A stretch of DNA of 64,000 nt from Mesotaenium endlicherianum (taxonomy: Eukaryota), in the NCBI GenBank assembly GCA_009602735.1, contig WELA01001229.1, forward strand, positions 10,853-74,852, given 5' to 3'. Positions 1 through 13,440 of the stretch are shown in pieces. How positions within the stretch are numbered: the first letter of the stretch is position 1; every line of letters starts with the position of its first letter. A program made the position numbers and the translations under genes. The notes below the pieces were generated by a model. It had not been told where the DNA came from, ran no database searches, and saw only the letters and a program-made list of their open reading frames with translations.

Positions 1-54
<54 letters not shown>
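1..54. repeat. (AG)n microsatellite, running off the window start
   Basis: Perfect AG dinucleotide run at 1-54. Confidence 0.98.
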
Positions 55-56
<2 letters not shown>

Positions 57-127
57 AATCATTTGGAGTTCTTTTCACAGATTGAGCTAGATACTGCACT
101 ATATCTCATTACACCATTTTCTTACAT

Positions 128-631
128 GTGACTGTCTCCAATGGCAGGCCGCCTCTCGACGAGGTTGTCTACTATCCGATGAGCAGTAGCTTCATCTGCG
201 TTCCTGCTGTCTTCTTCGGAAAAGCGTGGGCACAGAAAGAGGTGGGCATACATCATGCTTACGTCTTCTTCAATGGCCAGTGCATAGAGGTACAGAAAGG
301 CATATTTGCAGCTTTAATCTGTGATAACAACGAACCATTTTGGGTCTCAGAAAAGATTGTGAAAGAATATCACATTAAGCAGGATGAGGTTAAGTACAGC
401 AGGGGTAGCACCGCAACTCTTTCCGAATAGTGTAGAACCTTTGTGGTCAACAACCCCAGCCTGTCGTTGGAAGCAAACATTGTAAAGACCAGGAAGGCAA
501 AATTGCCTCCCTACTTGACTCTGTTCTGGGGGTTGTATAGGGTTAGTCCCATTCCGCGCGGTTGTCAGTCGGATACTTCAATCCATCCGGCTGGATCCGA
601 AGCTGCTGCTAGTTGTCATAGTTCAGGGTAG
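128..631 (+). pseudogene. Decayed ORF, paralogue of the unknown N-terminal domain at 2801-3313
   Basis: ORFs 128-430 and 443-631 share a frame across one TAG. FICVPAVFFGKAWAQKEVG...FFNGQCIEV...FVVNNPSLSLEANIVKTRKAKLPPYL aligns by eye with YIRLPGRFFGEDWATQKHG...FYEGLCLEV...FVFKNPRLHSDASIEVIRRCKLPSFL. Confidence 0.65.
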
Positions 632-1111
632 TTATGCAGGGGAAGGTCCTTGGAAAACAGCGATGGCTGTAACCATAGTCCCTTGTACTGTATCGCCCAC
701 TAGTGTACAGGTGTCACTGTGTTAGATAGGTATTTAGGATCATGACTCTTCCCCCTAGGATCGAGCAGATGTAGAAGAGTTAATGAAAGTCTCGCAGCAG
801 AAGCCAGTTGTTTTTTAGTGGCCTCGTGGAAGTTGTATCACAAGAGTCCAGCACATATGAAATCACAGCTGATTATTCAATTGAGTTGGAGGACACCAAC
901 AAGCATTGAGTGTGAGGTCAAGGTTCAGCGCTTTCCAATAGGGTATTCTACCTCTGAGTTTTGTGCAGTGAATTCAGCGCATGTTCAAGTCTGGCAGCAT
1001 TCCAAATAATCGTCACTCAAATGATCACTACTTAAAGCAAATCACCCACTGCGAAACGTCACGACATACTCATTGCTATTTTAACTTCCTCCCACACAGT
1101 GGATGACGTCA

Positions 1112-3313
1112 TCAGAGGAGTCCTATCAAGCACCTGTTCTTATAGATACTGAGAGACTTGTTGCCCCTCTGCCAGTGAAGGCCGTCAATCCCCACGAGCG
1201 TGCTCACATGCTTTCGGTTACACTTGTGCTGATGCTCGCCATGTGCACTTTTCCCAGAAAGCCACGTGTCGAAGGCAGCTGCTAGCGTGTCACAAGTAAG
1301 ATGACCCAAGTCCTTCTTTACTCTAATCTCCTCCTCCACAAAGTGGCCAAAAGGCAATGCGCACCTCAGGGCACCACAGTCGTCTGTCACGGGCTTTAGC
1401 CTTCCAGTAGACAGCAGGTTCAACGAGGCCTACTGTTTGTTCGTGAGGCCACCCTCGACTCGTGGCGGAGCGCAGGGCTCATTGCGTGTGGACAATGCAT
1501 CGATGGCCGCCTGGCAGAGGGACGCACGACACGTCGCCAGCAACGCGTGTCTCAGGGGCTGTGCTAGGCTTCCAATGCTTGCCCACTCCTTGTCACACCG
1601 CAGCCGATTGAACCACCGCACGAGTTTGCTCTTAGCGCACTTTTGTTCCTCGATTGACCTGTGCACGAGAGAACCGGGTATGGGAGCAATGGGAGGTGCA
1701 TCTACCAGCGCCGACACGTGGATCGCTTGATGTATCCTAAAATCACCAGTCTGTATCTGCCAGGCAGCCTTCGACCAGGTGGCCACCTCGTGCAACGGCG
1801 GGTCCTTGCTGAAATTGTACTTGTCTTTGTAGGCATGAGATATTCTACTCTCAATCCATGCCGAAAGACCTACCGGAAAGGCATTACCAAAGTGGTAAAG
1901 CTGACGCTTTGCATGGGCCATACAATTTGTCCAGCCAATTAGGAATCCTTGCAGGGTCTCTATGTCCTCCACGCCTAGCACCCGGAGGCGAGAGGTGCGG
2001 CCCACCTCCTCTGCCACGACGAGGAGGTTGGAATTCACGCACGTAACTGTCAGACAGAGGCCGTGTCTCTTGTAGGGCGATGCCTCATTCAATCTCAATA
2101 CCCACTCTCCCTCGTACTCTGTCTTCTCCACCAGGTTGTGATGGGCACAAATGCATATTTCTGTTTGATTGCAAAACGCGCGAGGAGTCAATAACAGGTC
2201 ACGCGGATCTCCTCAGCGCTTGGCAAGAATGACGACCCGCTCCCTAGCTTGGGGCTGTCCAAAGGACAGGCACTGCACGGTTTTGTAAGCCCAATTGTAA
2301 CCCAAGGCGTGCAGATTGTGAGCAACATGGGATATATAGGGAGTCCCACTCTGTGTTTTTCTCGTGAGCAGCCCCGGGACATTCTCCAGGATGACGATAG
2401 GCACTCTCTGCTGTTCTAAGAGGCGCCACAGGTGTACAATGAGACTAGTTCAATACAACGACGCAACCTCCCCGCCTGTGTTACATCTCGTCGACACATC
2501 CTGGCAGGGAAAGCCCGCCAGGACAAGGTCAATGCCTGGGGGAAGACTGCCCATGATCAGTACATCCGAATGGACTTGAACACCAGGAAAGTGCTCCCTG
2601 AGGAGGGCCTGACAGTGGGGATTACTTTCAACAAAAACAAAGACACATATTTCGTGCCCCTGGACGTGGAATGGCAAGTCGAAGCCACCTATACCAGCAA
2701 ACAGACTGCACACTTTCAGGGGTACTCTTCTTTGCCGTCTCTCTTCAGGTGAAACCATTTGCCCAACAAAGTGGGGCGGTACACGCATGGCAGACAAGAA
2801 TTACCAAGAGCCCAAGCTTAGCTTAGTGCAGTGGACTATTGTGCCAATATCTGGTGGGTAGTCATAAACACCACTGGTAATAAAATGGGGATGTAGGAAG
2901 CTGGGTAGTTTACAGCGCCTAATAACCTCTATACTGGCATCACTGTGCAGCCTAGGATTCTTGAAGACAAAAGCATCTACGTAGTTGTGTAGATCATATG
3001 TGCACTCAAAAGTAGCACGCAATTTAACTGTGGGTACGTGATATTGTGACACACTATTCTCGTCCACCCAATAACAGTCGCCTTCATTTCGCTCGCCATG
3101 GCGGTGGAATATGGCTCCAAAGATATGCAGCTTTACCTCCAAGCACAAGCCTTCATAGAAGATAGTGTCAGCCTGCCCGCCATGCTTTTGGGTCGCCCAG
3201 TCCTCTCCGAAAAAGCGGCCGGGAAGGCGAATGTAGGATGCTGCCATCTCGAATGGGGGCCTGAAGGGAGTGTAAGACAAACATAACATGAGTAGCTTCA
3301 GGGCAGGTGTCAT
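1112..3313 (-). pseudogene. C5 cytosine DNA methyltransferase, prokaryote-like and intronless, with an unknown N-terminal domain; broken by in-frame stops
   Basis: ORFs 2801-3313, 2450-2797, 2213-2404, 1430-2191 and 1112-1423 share one frame, separated by single stops. Motifs occur in canonical order: I SLFAGIGG, IV AGFPCQDVS, VI ILENVPGL, VIII PQARERV, IX RLRVLGVEDIETLQGF, X FGNAFPV. Confidence 0.88.
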
Positions 3314-4370
3314 ACGTTCAGGTTGAAGATCCGCTACTTAATCAGATGAATACGTGCCATGTTTGCACAAGGGTGGCACAAAAAACCAACAAATTTGCCT
3401 TGTTTCATCATTATATCATGCCACTTATGGCCTACATTCACCTCCAAAGCACAGGTGAATTACAATGTACCTCTCGGGATGTATAATCATCCTCTTCTGT
3501 GGGCGGGGCGTCGCATAATAGACCGTCATCTTCCTCTTTCGTAGGCGGGGCTTCCTAAGGTCCATACCAAATCAGAGGAAATAGGATGAAGAATGTTGCA
3601 GATACAGTGTGTGCATGTAGTAATACACTATTCACATGGGAGGGAAACTCCCTTCGAGAATTCGGATGCAATAGCGCCCAAAATTCTTTGATACCTGAAA
3701 AAAGCGACCTGAAATCAGAATGTCAAGATGAGTGTATTGGATTATCGACCTTTAAACAAATAAATATGTCTCGATAGATAACTATAAGCGAACGTGGAAA
3801 ATCTAGTGAAAGGATTTCAAATATCCGAAAAATTAGCGCCAGTTTCCCCCCCATGACTATTCACGACCATTTGTGTAACCACTTCCTCGTGGAGCCGCAC
3901 TCTGTCATTGAAATCGTCGAACGTCCCTCGTCGACGAATTAGTATGCGCCAACGACAATGACGCTAACATGGAGGTGGTTGTTCGACGGCAGGCGTCAAG
4001 GTAATACGTCAAGACCACGTCAAGAACACTCACTGTGTTTCCCCACGTTGTACATGTCGGTACACCCAGATGACGAAGTGTACGGCGAAGCACGCGTGGT
4101 TGCTTCACGTCAAGACTAACCGTTGTGTTTCCAAATGACGAAGTGTACGGTGGTACCTGGGCGCGTTCGCGGATTTATTCGCAGCTGATACAATCAATAA
4201 ATCAGGTACGGTACTGTACTCCCACCGCAACTCAGAGCACTCCGGCAACAGAAATGGCTGCGTAATGAGGCATCTCTTGCTGATCTATCTCGCACAATGG
4301 CAGAGTCAAAGTCGGTTGACGGGATTGAAGTGTTCCTGAAATGGAGGGTGTAAGAGCTCATATAACCAAT

Positions 4371-5100
4371 ATGTTGGAAGACGTCAATGAGGAAATTCGG
4401 GATTTAGAGCTGATTATTATGGTTAATAGTAGCTTGCTATAGGCAAGAAACAAATTGCTTGGAGTAGATTTCAAGGAACACGTTAGGCGGCAACTCGAAG
4501 ATGCACAAATGAGCAAGTTGTTTAAAGACTGGCAGAAGGATGACAAGAAGGATAAGGAGCAAATGACGTGTCTTTTAGACAGGAGGAAGCAGCATGAAGA
4601 CAAAATTACGGCCTTATAATATTATACATAATATTAGGCAGACCAGGCAATGCAAGTGAGCAGTGAGGTGGAGCACACAAACGATGCATAGTGGGTGATG
4701 AATTCAATGGAGATTCCACATACAGCAAAAGTAACAGCTTTGCCTTAGTATGAGGCAGGATAGATGTATGTTAGAGAGACGAGTGAGGTGGCCTCATACA
4801 TTGTATAGGGGATTATTCTCCACATGGATGATAGCAAACCAGTATACATAGGTTCGTGTGTGCGCATTAGCTGTGTATTCAGGCAGTCGTGGGCTTGCAT
4901 TTCATCCACATTTATTTTTGAAGCTTTCATTATGAAAGAATGCCTTTCAAACGGAGTGGCAACATCTTAAACAAGCTGTGTGTGCATGTAGAAGAAGCAG
5001 TACATAAGGTGTAGGAAAACTTCATTCATATCAATCTACATACAGCTTGCGCAACTCCTCACCATTGCCAGATGTATAAGACCTGTTCAATCTTACTGGG
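4371..5100 (+). pseudogene. Heavily decayed ORF: coiled-coil region followed by a possible GIY-YIG-like motif
   Basis: A single frame from 4371 reads through several TAG/TAA stops: charged helical segment, then YIV*GIILHMDDSKPVYIGS (~4797-4856). Resemblance only. Confidence 0.25.
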
Positions 5101-8100
5101 TATTGCACTTGCACTTTTCACTACTATCACCATCTAAGACTCTGGCTATTGTGCTATGTACACCTTATGTCTCATCTTCTATTTCATTATCTCATCCTGT
5201 ACACATGGCTCCGGCCTATCTTGCCCCTACTCAGTAGGCCCCATTCTATAAAACATCACTGACGATCAAGCCTCATCGAGTTGAGCAACAGCGACGTGGA
5301 CGAGTGTGCAGCGCACACATAAATCTCTTCAAGTTGAATTCTTGTAATAATTTGGTGAATATGGGTCCTAATCCGGTCCTGAGCACCTCCCCAGCAACCA
5401 ACATGTCAGTCGATGACTTCACACTCAGTATGCTTGTGTCCAAAAACTTATGCCTGCTCTAAGCATCAACAACAGATGCACATGAATGAAACATGGTTGG
5501 CACTTGCGTGCAAATGCCGCGACGCACCTTCCATATACTTCTTTATATAGTCGTCAACTTGGCCATACCACTCCGGTTGCTCCTGGGAAGTATTGTGAGA
5601 GGCTGCCGCGGATAATGAAACATAACACGGTAAGACGTTGAGTGATTCCATAGGTACCATGCGCGGATTATTTTGTCCACCTGTACAGAGGAGGGATGTG
5701 AGGTTACGCTTGGGTTACGCAAACTAGCAATATAATGAGACAGGAAGTCATGTTGAGGTGTGCGCAGGTGCTCACCTGTGGGGGCCCTCTCATCACGCGC
5801 AACTGATTGCTGAGACCTCCTAACTACCAGTATCGAACACCTTTCACCTCTCCTCAGCACCGCCTCAGGAATTCAACGGCTGGACCTTCCACCGCGCCTA
5901 CAATGCGGCACGTATTCTTTGGAGACCGTCCCCTAGGCTTCTTGGGTCCAGAGCTGGGGTCCCCCTCTTGTGGCCATGACGTTGGGGGCCTCCCCTTCCT
6001 CTTCTTTTTGCTCTCTGCACCAGTGGGGCCTTGTCCCCCGCCATTGTTTGCTGCACACATGTTCAAAATGACACATATGCTCACTATCACCTACAACTCC
6101 TGTTCATATCTGGCTCCATATGCGATGGCAGTGCACGAGGTTGCGAGGCAAGATAACTTGATCACGTGCATGGAAATTAGACAGCGATAAACTGCAGCCA
6201 CTCACCGCGTGCCATGAAATGTGCAGCCCCTCCTCCCTGTACATTGCATATGTCTGCATAAATGACACAAGCACACAAGCACATCAAGCACGTCTCCATC
6301 ACTAATACACAAGATCCAATTCAGTCAAGACTCTTCAGTACTAAACGTAGACAAAAAAGAGCGAGTAAAAAAGATAGGCGGTAGATCTCACTTTTGTGAA
6401 TGTGATCCACAAGGCGATTATAAAGCAACAAACTTCAAAACCATGCTTCCTAAACTCTTACATTTACAAGAAGCTCATGTAAATATTCTATTGTCTACCT
6501 TGAATTAATTGTGCCACCTTCCAGCTAAGGCAGAGACTAGTAAACTGTATCAACATGCACACTCTGTGAAACCAAGTTGCTGGGGTCTCGTACCCTGCGT
6601 GGCGACTCGGGCCCTGGCAAGCAACTCCTGGCACCTGCTCGCCGCGTAGCTTCCCTCCACGTGGTTACAGTGAAATCCGAGATAAAGATCCAATGCATCT
6701 TGCTTGATGACACTCAGCTGTCGACGGCAGAACCTCCCCAATTCAGCCGTAAGACAGCGACGGTGCTCTAACAGCCCTCCTTTTTCCTTGTCCAGCTCGC
6801 CTCCCACCTCTTCGAGTTTCGCTCTTTCAAGTCGAAGCTCCACTTGCAGCCGCATGCTAACAATGTCATGCTCCTTCTCTGCGCGCTCTCTTTTGTCCAA
6901 CCCAAGACTTTCGTCACGACTCTTCCTTAGATAATAATTTGCTAATTATTCTAGGTCTGAAACAGTGGAACCCATCTTGCCTCAGTTGGTGTCAACAACC
7001 TCCGCCGTTTGAAATGCTCACAGTGGGAGAATTATAGAAAAAGGCACGCAATTGCGCATCAATACCACACTTCCCACACTTTATTCCGTAAGCACAAATG
7101 AGCAATTTCTTAATCTCGAAAAGGCTTTGTGAACCACGAATGATCCTCATTGGACACATCGCGTAAGAAAATAAAGAATAATAAGCTTGCATGGGGAAAC
7201 ACAAATGCTCCTCTAAATCGTGCTCAAGATTTTCTTACTCCAAAACTCATAGTCGTCAAACATCATTTTGCACGAAACAGCAGGTGCATGGCTCAGCATG
7301 TGTTTGTCCAATAACCTCCACACGTGTTAAGATACATGCAGCTCATTGGATACATGCATTAAGAAGAAGGGACGGCAAGAGAAGAAATAAGATGTCGAGG
7401 AGCCTATGTTTCTCTTATCTCGTGAAGGTCTCCACCAAGTGCCATGCAAGAACTTTGGCTATTGTCGTCATACCATGTATTTTCGCAAAGGCTGTGCCTC
7501 ACGTGAGCTTAGATCATCTTTATAGTCGGCACTGGTCGGCACTTGCTCTCTGCAGGTATGGCGTACGGGCTCCCCCCTAAACGTCAAAAGCGTACGACGT
7601 TCGACAACAACAAACAACATTTGACACTTCCAGTGACTACGTTTTTAACCGCCACCTTAGTAACGACACGCCACACATGACGAATGTCATAGTGGAGGCT
7701 CAAATAGTGTCGCGAATTAGTTCAACGACGCAAACTACCATTCAACTAAGAGATAATGCTGGATGTTGAGGTGAATCACAAAATTGTATCATAATCTCCA
7801 AATAATGATGCCAACCATTCCGAATTCGCGACTGCGAATCGAGAGTGGAAGACATATAGCAACGTGTCAGCCGCAGACGGCCGGAAAACACAGCAAATGA
7901 TTACAAGTTCCGTTTTGCTGTGGATCGGCGAGGAGCGCCGGAGAATTTTGCTTTCCATGGACAGAAAAATCCATTTGAGGCCTCAAATGGAACAAAATCC
8001 ATTCGAACGGGCCAATTCGGCTCGAATGAAAATCCATTTGGTAAAGTGGTCAAAATGGAACGGTCTAGCCCATGTCCAATGTCAAGGTGTGGTACATGAG

Positions 8101-8215
8101 GTAGTTTTCCCATGTATTGGTATATGTAATGGGGAGTATGTCCAGCCATTAAATCACTGCTGTCTCAAAAGGCCAGCCCCCCATAGCTAGTAGATAGTAA
8201 GTTCCGCACCATCTC

Positions 8216-8978
8216 GTCGACTTCCCCCTAGGCTACGCATAATTGACTTGTCCAACTTATGATTATTTCTGCCAAAGGCTTGTAAATGGGTTGAGTGATT
8301 GGATGTGTTAAGATATACCTGGTGGAGCATTCCCACCCTTTTTATCCCTCATCCATCAAAATGACAACCCTCCAGAGCTTATATCCAATTAGTTGCGTTT
8401 TTTGTCGTCGACTTCCCCCTAGGCTACGCTGAACTCACAAGTCACTCTTATGAGTATTCTTGCCAAAGGCTTGTAAATGGGGTAAGTGATTGAATGAGTT
8501 AGATACATTTGGTGGAGCATTCCCACCCTTTACATCCCTCATCCATCAAAATGACAACCCTTTATAGTTCAGCCAGTTAGTTGCACTTTCTAGTCGTCGA
8601 CTTGCCCCTAGGCTACGCTGTACCGACTTCTTACTTTTGTGAGTATCCTTGCCAAAGGCTTGTAAATGGGGTGAGTGATTGGATGTGTTCAGATATATTT
8701 GGTGGAGCATTCCCACCCTTTTTATCCTTCATCCATCAAAATGACAACCCTCCATAGCTCAACCAGTTAGTTGTGCTTTTTAGTCGTCAACTTCCCCTTA
8801 GGCTACGCTGTACAAACTTGTCACTTTTGTGAGTATCCTTGCCAAAGGCTTGTAAATGGGGTGAGTATGTCAACTTCATTATGTATATACGATGGATCAT
8901 TTCCACCCTCTACATTCCTCATCCATCAAAATCACAGTTTTCCATAGTTTAGCCAGTTAGTTGCGTTTTATGTCGTCG
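8216..8978. repeat. Tandem repeat, 4 x ~190 bp
   Basis: Units start at 8216, 8407, 8596 and 8786 (GTCGACTTCCCCCTAGGCTACGC...GCCAAAGGCTTGTAAATGGG...ATCCATCAAAATGACAACCC). Periods are 189-191 bp. Confidence 0.95.
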
Positions 8979-9611
8979 ATAAGTGTAGATATTCCTCAAG
9001 AAGCGATGAATATCAAGAGTAGATCAAGCGAGATGAAAACTCATCGAGGGTGGAAATAATCTTCAAATTCGTGTGAAAATCTGAAAATGCTCGTAAGATT
9101 TAACAATAATGCCACGTACTGCCACGTATAACCAAAACATCCACAATTTGCCATTGAAGAAAATCTTGCTATACATCCAATCATATTCAAACAAATCACC
9201 ATATATCACACTTCAAGCCACTTCATGCCACTTCAACAACCTTCACATGCAAGAATAAATCGACACACACTGACACATACTCACATGTGACAACTCATGC
9301 CACTGGCGTCAACGTACGTCGACGTCTCTCGACATAATATTACATAAGTAGACAAAATCAACTTAAACAGACAAAAACACAACAAAACACTGCGAACTTT
9401 GTTACAATGAAAGCATTTGCACATGAATTGTTGAGAAAAAGCGTAAAATACAACAATTTTGGAGGTGTAAGCGCAAAAAATTCAGATTTTATGAAAACGT
9501 GCACAAGAAATAACAAATAGTTGATTTGGAGCGCCAAATAACGCAAACAATCGATTTCGAGCGTAAACCGCCAAAATATTTGATTAAATCGCAGGCAATG
9601 GCCGGCAGTGT

Positions 9612-10773
9612 TGTCGCGACTGCTATCCACTTCACGTTGCCGCACGCGCGGCGCAAGTCACGACCGCCCAGGTACGGGAAGTCAGCATTGACTCACCGAC
9701 CAGAGGACCGAGATATCTCAGTCAGCGGTCATGTTGAAGTTGTTATCCTTGTCAAAGTGGTCACGACTCGTCAAACCCACACCCAGGAGTGGATGGGGAT
9801 AAGGACAGAGTAGTTAGCCGAAAGGCTAGGGGCATGGAACCAGCAATGAGCCAGCCCAGCGAGTGCCAAGAAAGGTACTGATCAATCGGCTATCTAAGCC
9901 AAGTACAGCAGGGATGTTGCAAAGGGCGTTGTGTGCCGCCTCGGCCAGACCCTCAGGTGACTAGTCACGGCTTGAGCGTTCATCCTAAACGCTGCCAGTC
10001 TGCCACATAGGCGTGATTGTCAGCTGAAAGGCTAAGCGGTCACGCGCGACAATCCCAATGCATGCATGCATGCTGAATGATAACTCCTAAGGACAGTGTG
10101 TGGTTCCTGTGAAAGGCACGAGTCTTGCCTGAAGCTGCCTCATTCTTGCTCGCATCGTTGTCAAAGGAAGCTGAAGAAGCAGAAGGAGGGCAAAGAAGAA
10201 GGAGTTCCCAAGGCCATAGAAGAGCCGGGGCGCCACGCTTCTATCGACGCTGGAAGATTTCTTCCTAAGTATATCATAGAAAGGTTAGACCTCAGGAGTT
10301 CCCAAAAAAGGATCTCGCTGGTAGAAAGTAGAAAGCTGCAGAATAGAATCTGCTAGAAGATTAGCACAGATTTGGGTCAAACGCCGCAAGCGTGCGAGGA
10401 TCACTTAAAATGGTGAGTGCTGTGTTAGTTTCCACGTTCTCAGAAGTCTCGATTGTCGAATTGCTGATAGCAAGAGTAGTATTAACAAGTAAAGCTCTCA
10501 GTGAAGAACTGAGTGAGCCCAGCCAAGCAGTGAAGAGTTGTTAAGGCGCGGTGTTGAGCGAAGAGCTCAAACCAGGCCCGCATAGATGTGCAATTCAGAG
10601 TTTTGTAAGCTGTGACTTGTGGAAGTTAAGCGAAAGCCTTGAAGAGCAATTTTCTCTGAATTTGACATTGCCTGTTGAGCTGCTTAGACGTGATTTCTGC
10701 AAACTACCAACTTGTTCATTGTGTAAATCCTCAACTTGGGCGAAAGCCTGTGTGGAAGTAAGACGCTTCTGTC
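9612..10773 (+). repeat. Element A left repeat: 5'-truncated LTR plus probable PBS/leader
   Basis: Collinear with 29145-30380 except for a ~70-bp deletion near 10090. Candidate LTR end ...CTTAAAA followed by TGGTGAGTGCTGTG at 10411 (possible PBS, uncertain). Confidence 0.85.
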
Positions 10774-11703
10774 CTACTTGTGAGAACTTGGTTGATTGGT
10801 TCAGGTGAGCAATAATTCCCAAGTCAGTTAGGGATTGAGGCCTGTGAAGGCTGCCGGTGTTCAACCTGGAAGGGGACCCGGAGAAATTCAACTGTAAATG
10901 CGATTGAGGAGTAAAAGACTTTACCACTCTGTGGAGCCTGCACAAAGGTTCTGATTCTAGCCAAAGTCCACGAGAAAGTGAGACGTCTGAGCATACTGAC
11001 AATCGGTGGAGTGAGCAACCGTCGAGAGACGAGTCTCGTCATAACTCCGCAAGCGATGAGAACCCAGATAACACACGAGCCTTTGAACCTGATTTGGACA
11101 GAGAGCAAGACGTGTGGGGAAGAGTCAGTGAGTCCTGCTCACCGTTCAAAATGGCCGGTGATCATTGAGATGAAAATTCTAATTTCAAGCTGTCTGCAAA
11201 GTGTTTTAGCGGACGAACCAGCGGAGTGGTCTTACTTTCGAAGAGTTTGATGAGATCTATTGGACAAAATTCTTTGAGAAGATTCAGAAGGATTCTTCTT
11301 ATACGCAGTCCGTCGCATTTACAGGCTTGGTTCAGTACTTGGACAAGGATGCCTTGCTGTTATATTGCAAACTCCGGAAGGATGAGGATCTCACCCAAGA
11401 ATGGACGTTTGGAGAACAGATAGGGCTAGGGATTTGAAAATCCAGAAAGAGGTTGCAAAAGCCCAAATGTCTGCTTTATCTTCAGGAAGACAGTGACAAT
11501 TGCACCTGTTGAGAGCATAGACCTAGCTGCACTAACACAAGAATTAACAGAGGCCATGAGGCAACTCACTGAGGGCCAGCGGAAGGCTGCCACTCAAGAT
11601 GATGATGCCGGCTATGTCGCAGGATTGCAAAAGGTGTGTGCAAAATTGCCTGAAAAGATTGCTAAAGCTCAGGAACGAGTAACACGCAGAGCTACACCTC
11701 TCA

Positions 11704-12759
11704 ATGGTCAGCAGCAATAGCGCCACAACAGAGGCAAGCCATGCGCAAGCCTTGGCTAGCTGTCGTAAGGATATGGAGGCTAGGGATGACCAGCTAGACT
11801 CTAAGCACTGCCTGCGTCGTTTCTTCAAGTTGCTTGAAGCACGATTCCTAGAGGATCGCAGTTTTAAGGTGCATCGTTATGTGCATTTTGTTCGTCAGAA
11901 GAACGAGACAGTCATGGAGGTCAAATCCAGATTGTTAGACCTCGCCAAAAAGGCAAAAATATACGAGCCCAGAATAGTGGCTGACAAGTTTTTGTTGTGC
12001 TTGGGCAAGGAAACAGATCGTGAAGTCAGGCCACATCTGTCCCCAAAGCACGGGATTGACTGGGACATCGACGAGGCGGCTGAAATAGCACGTAATGTCA
12101 AAGAAGGTAAAGTGTGGTATAAGGAGGCTTCCAGGACGCTTATGGCTCCTGAGAGGAGAGAGGAATTCTCTTCGTCTAAGGCCAACAACTCTAATTTTCA
12201 ATTTAAGAAAAAGAGCGGGTCTTTCAATAAGTTTGCTAAGCACGCCAACACTGCTGAAACAGCAGAGAGTTGTTGCAATTGCGGGAAATCAGGACATCAG
12301 GAGAGAGATTGTCCGTACCCAGATGCTAAGCAACTATCTACTAGCAAGGCGCAGATATGCGCACATTGCAGTAAGAAGGGACACTCGGAAGATGAGTGTT
12401 GGTCTAAGAACCCAAATATAAAGCCGCCCTGGGCAAATGCTGCCATGAAAGAGGCCGACAAAGAGAAAAAGAAAGAAAAGGGTGGCTCTGGTAATTGCAA
12501 GGGTAACCAGAAGTATGAAGCTATGAGTGCAAAAATCGCTGAGTTGAAAGCGCAGTTTGCGAAACTAAATGCGCCCAATGTCTACTATGATGCAGATATT
12601 GCAAAAAAGACCGTCTGCAAAGGCGAGAAGCGGATGCCCAAAAAGGCTGTGGATGCAACGGCTGCCGAGCAAGCAGATCACAACCGTCTGGTGCCAAGGA
12701 ATGTTGGGAAGCTTCCTCAGACTTTTTGGATCACTCTGGATGAAAACGAGATCTCGTAG
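11704..12759 (+). pseudogene. gag: Element A gag with two zinc knuckles (N-terminus decayed, probably starts further upstream)
   Basis: CCNCGKSGHQERDC and CAHCSKKGHSEDEC CCHC motifs. Confidence 0.85.
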
Positions 12760-12801
12760 CTACGACAAACCAGGCCCGGGTCGCGCAAGACATTTAGTTT
12801 T

Positions 12802-13440
12802 TTGCTGGAGAAGCTGAAGGCCCTGGTGGAACACCGGATCCAGCATGCTCCTTTGCTTTCTCTCGCCGATTTGCATATCACTTACCCATTCATGGTTGAA
12901 GAGGGCGGACATCAGCTGGATACAGCTCAGGAAGGTGCAAATAGCGCCTCATTGCCCACCAATTTTAGCACCGTGAGAGTGCAAAATAAGGATGGTGCAT
13001 TGATCTTCAACAACTGGGCAGCTCCCAACATTCTGTTGGATACAGGCGCACAGCCAGTCATTTTGGGAAAACGAGCTGTGAAAGCTCTAGGATTGACGGC
13101 AAGGGACTTGAAAGAGAGTCCTTTTCAGCTGAGAACTGCCTCAGGACAAGTCTCAAAGTCTTGTGAGATTACCCGCAAGCCTGTGAAAATCACAGTAAAT
13201 CCAGGGAAACCTGAAGAAGCGTCACTACTCATGGAGTGCACAGTGACGGAAGCTGAGAACTATAATGTTCTCTTGGGAACAGAAGCACAGATTCCCTTGG
13301 GTATGGTCATTGATCTGCAGAAACAGAGGGTGACTTACCAGTCAACAGATAGGCAGCCGGCAGGAGAAATACCTGTGAAGATGGTTTGCATAGGAGAAGC
13401 AAACTACGGATTGCTAGACTGCTACATTAATGACAGGTAA
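12802..13440 (+). pseudogene. Element A aspartic protease
   Basis: ILLDTGAQ catalytic motif and YNVLLG flap-closing motif; in frame with gag across one TAG. Confidence 0.85.

Noticed and set aside
8216..8978. CRISPR array
   Set aside because: The whole 190-bp unit repeats, there are no unique spacers or cas genes, and the context is eukaryotic.
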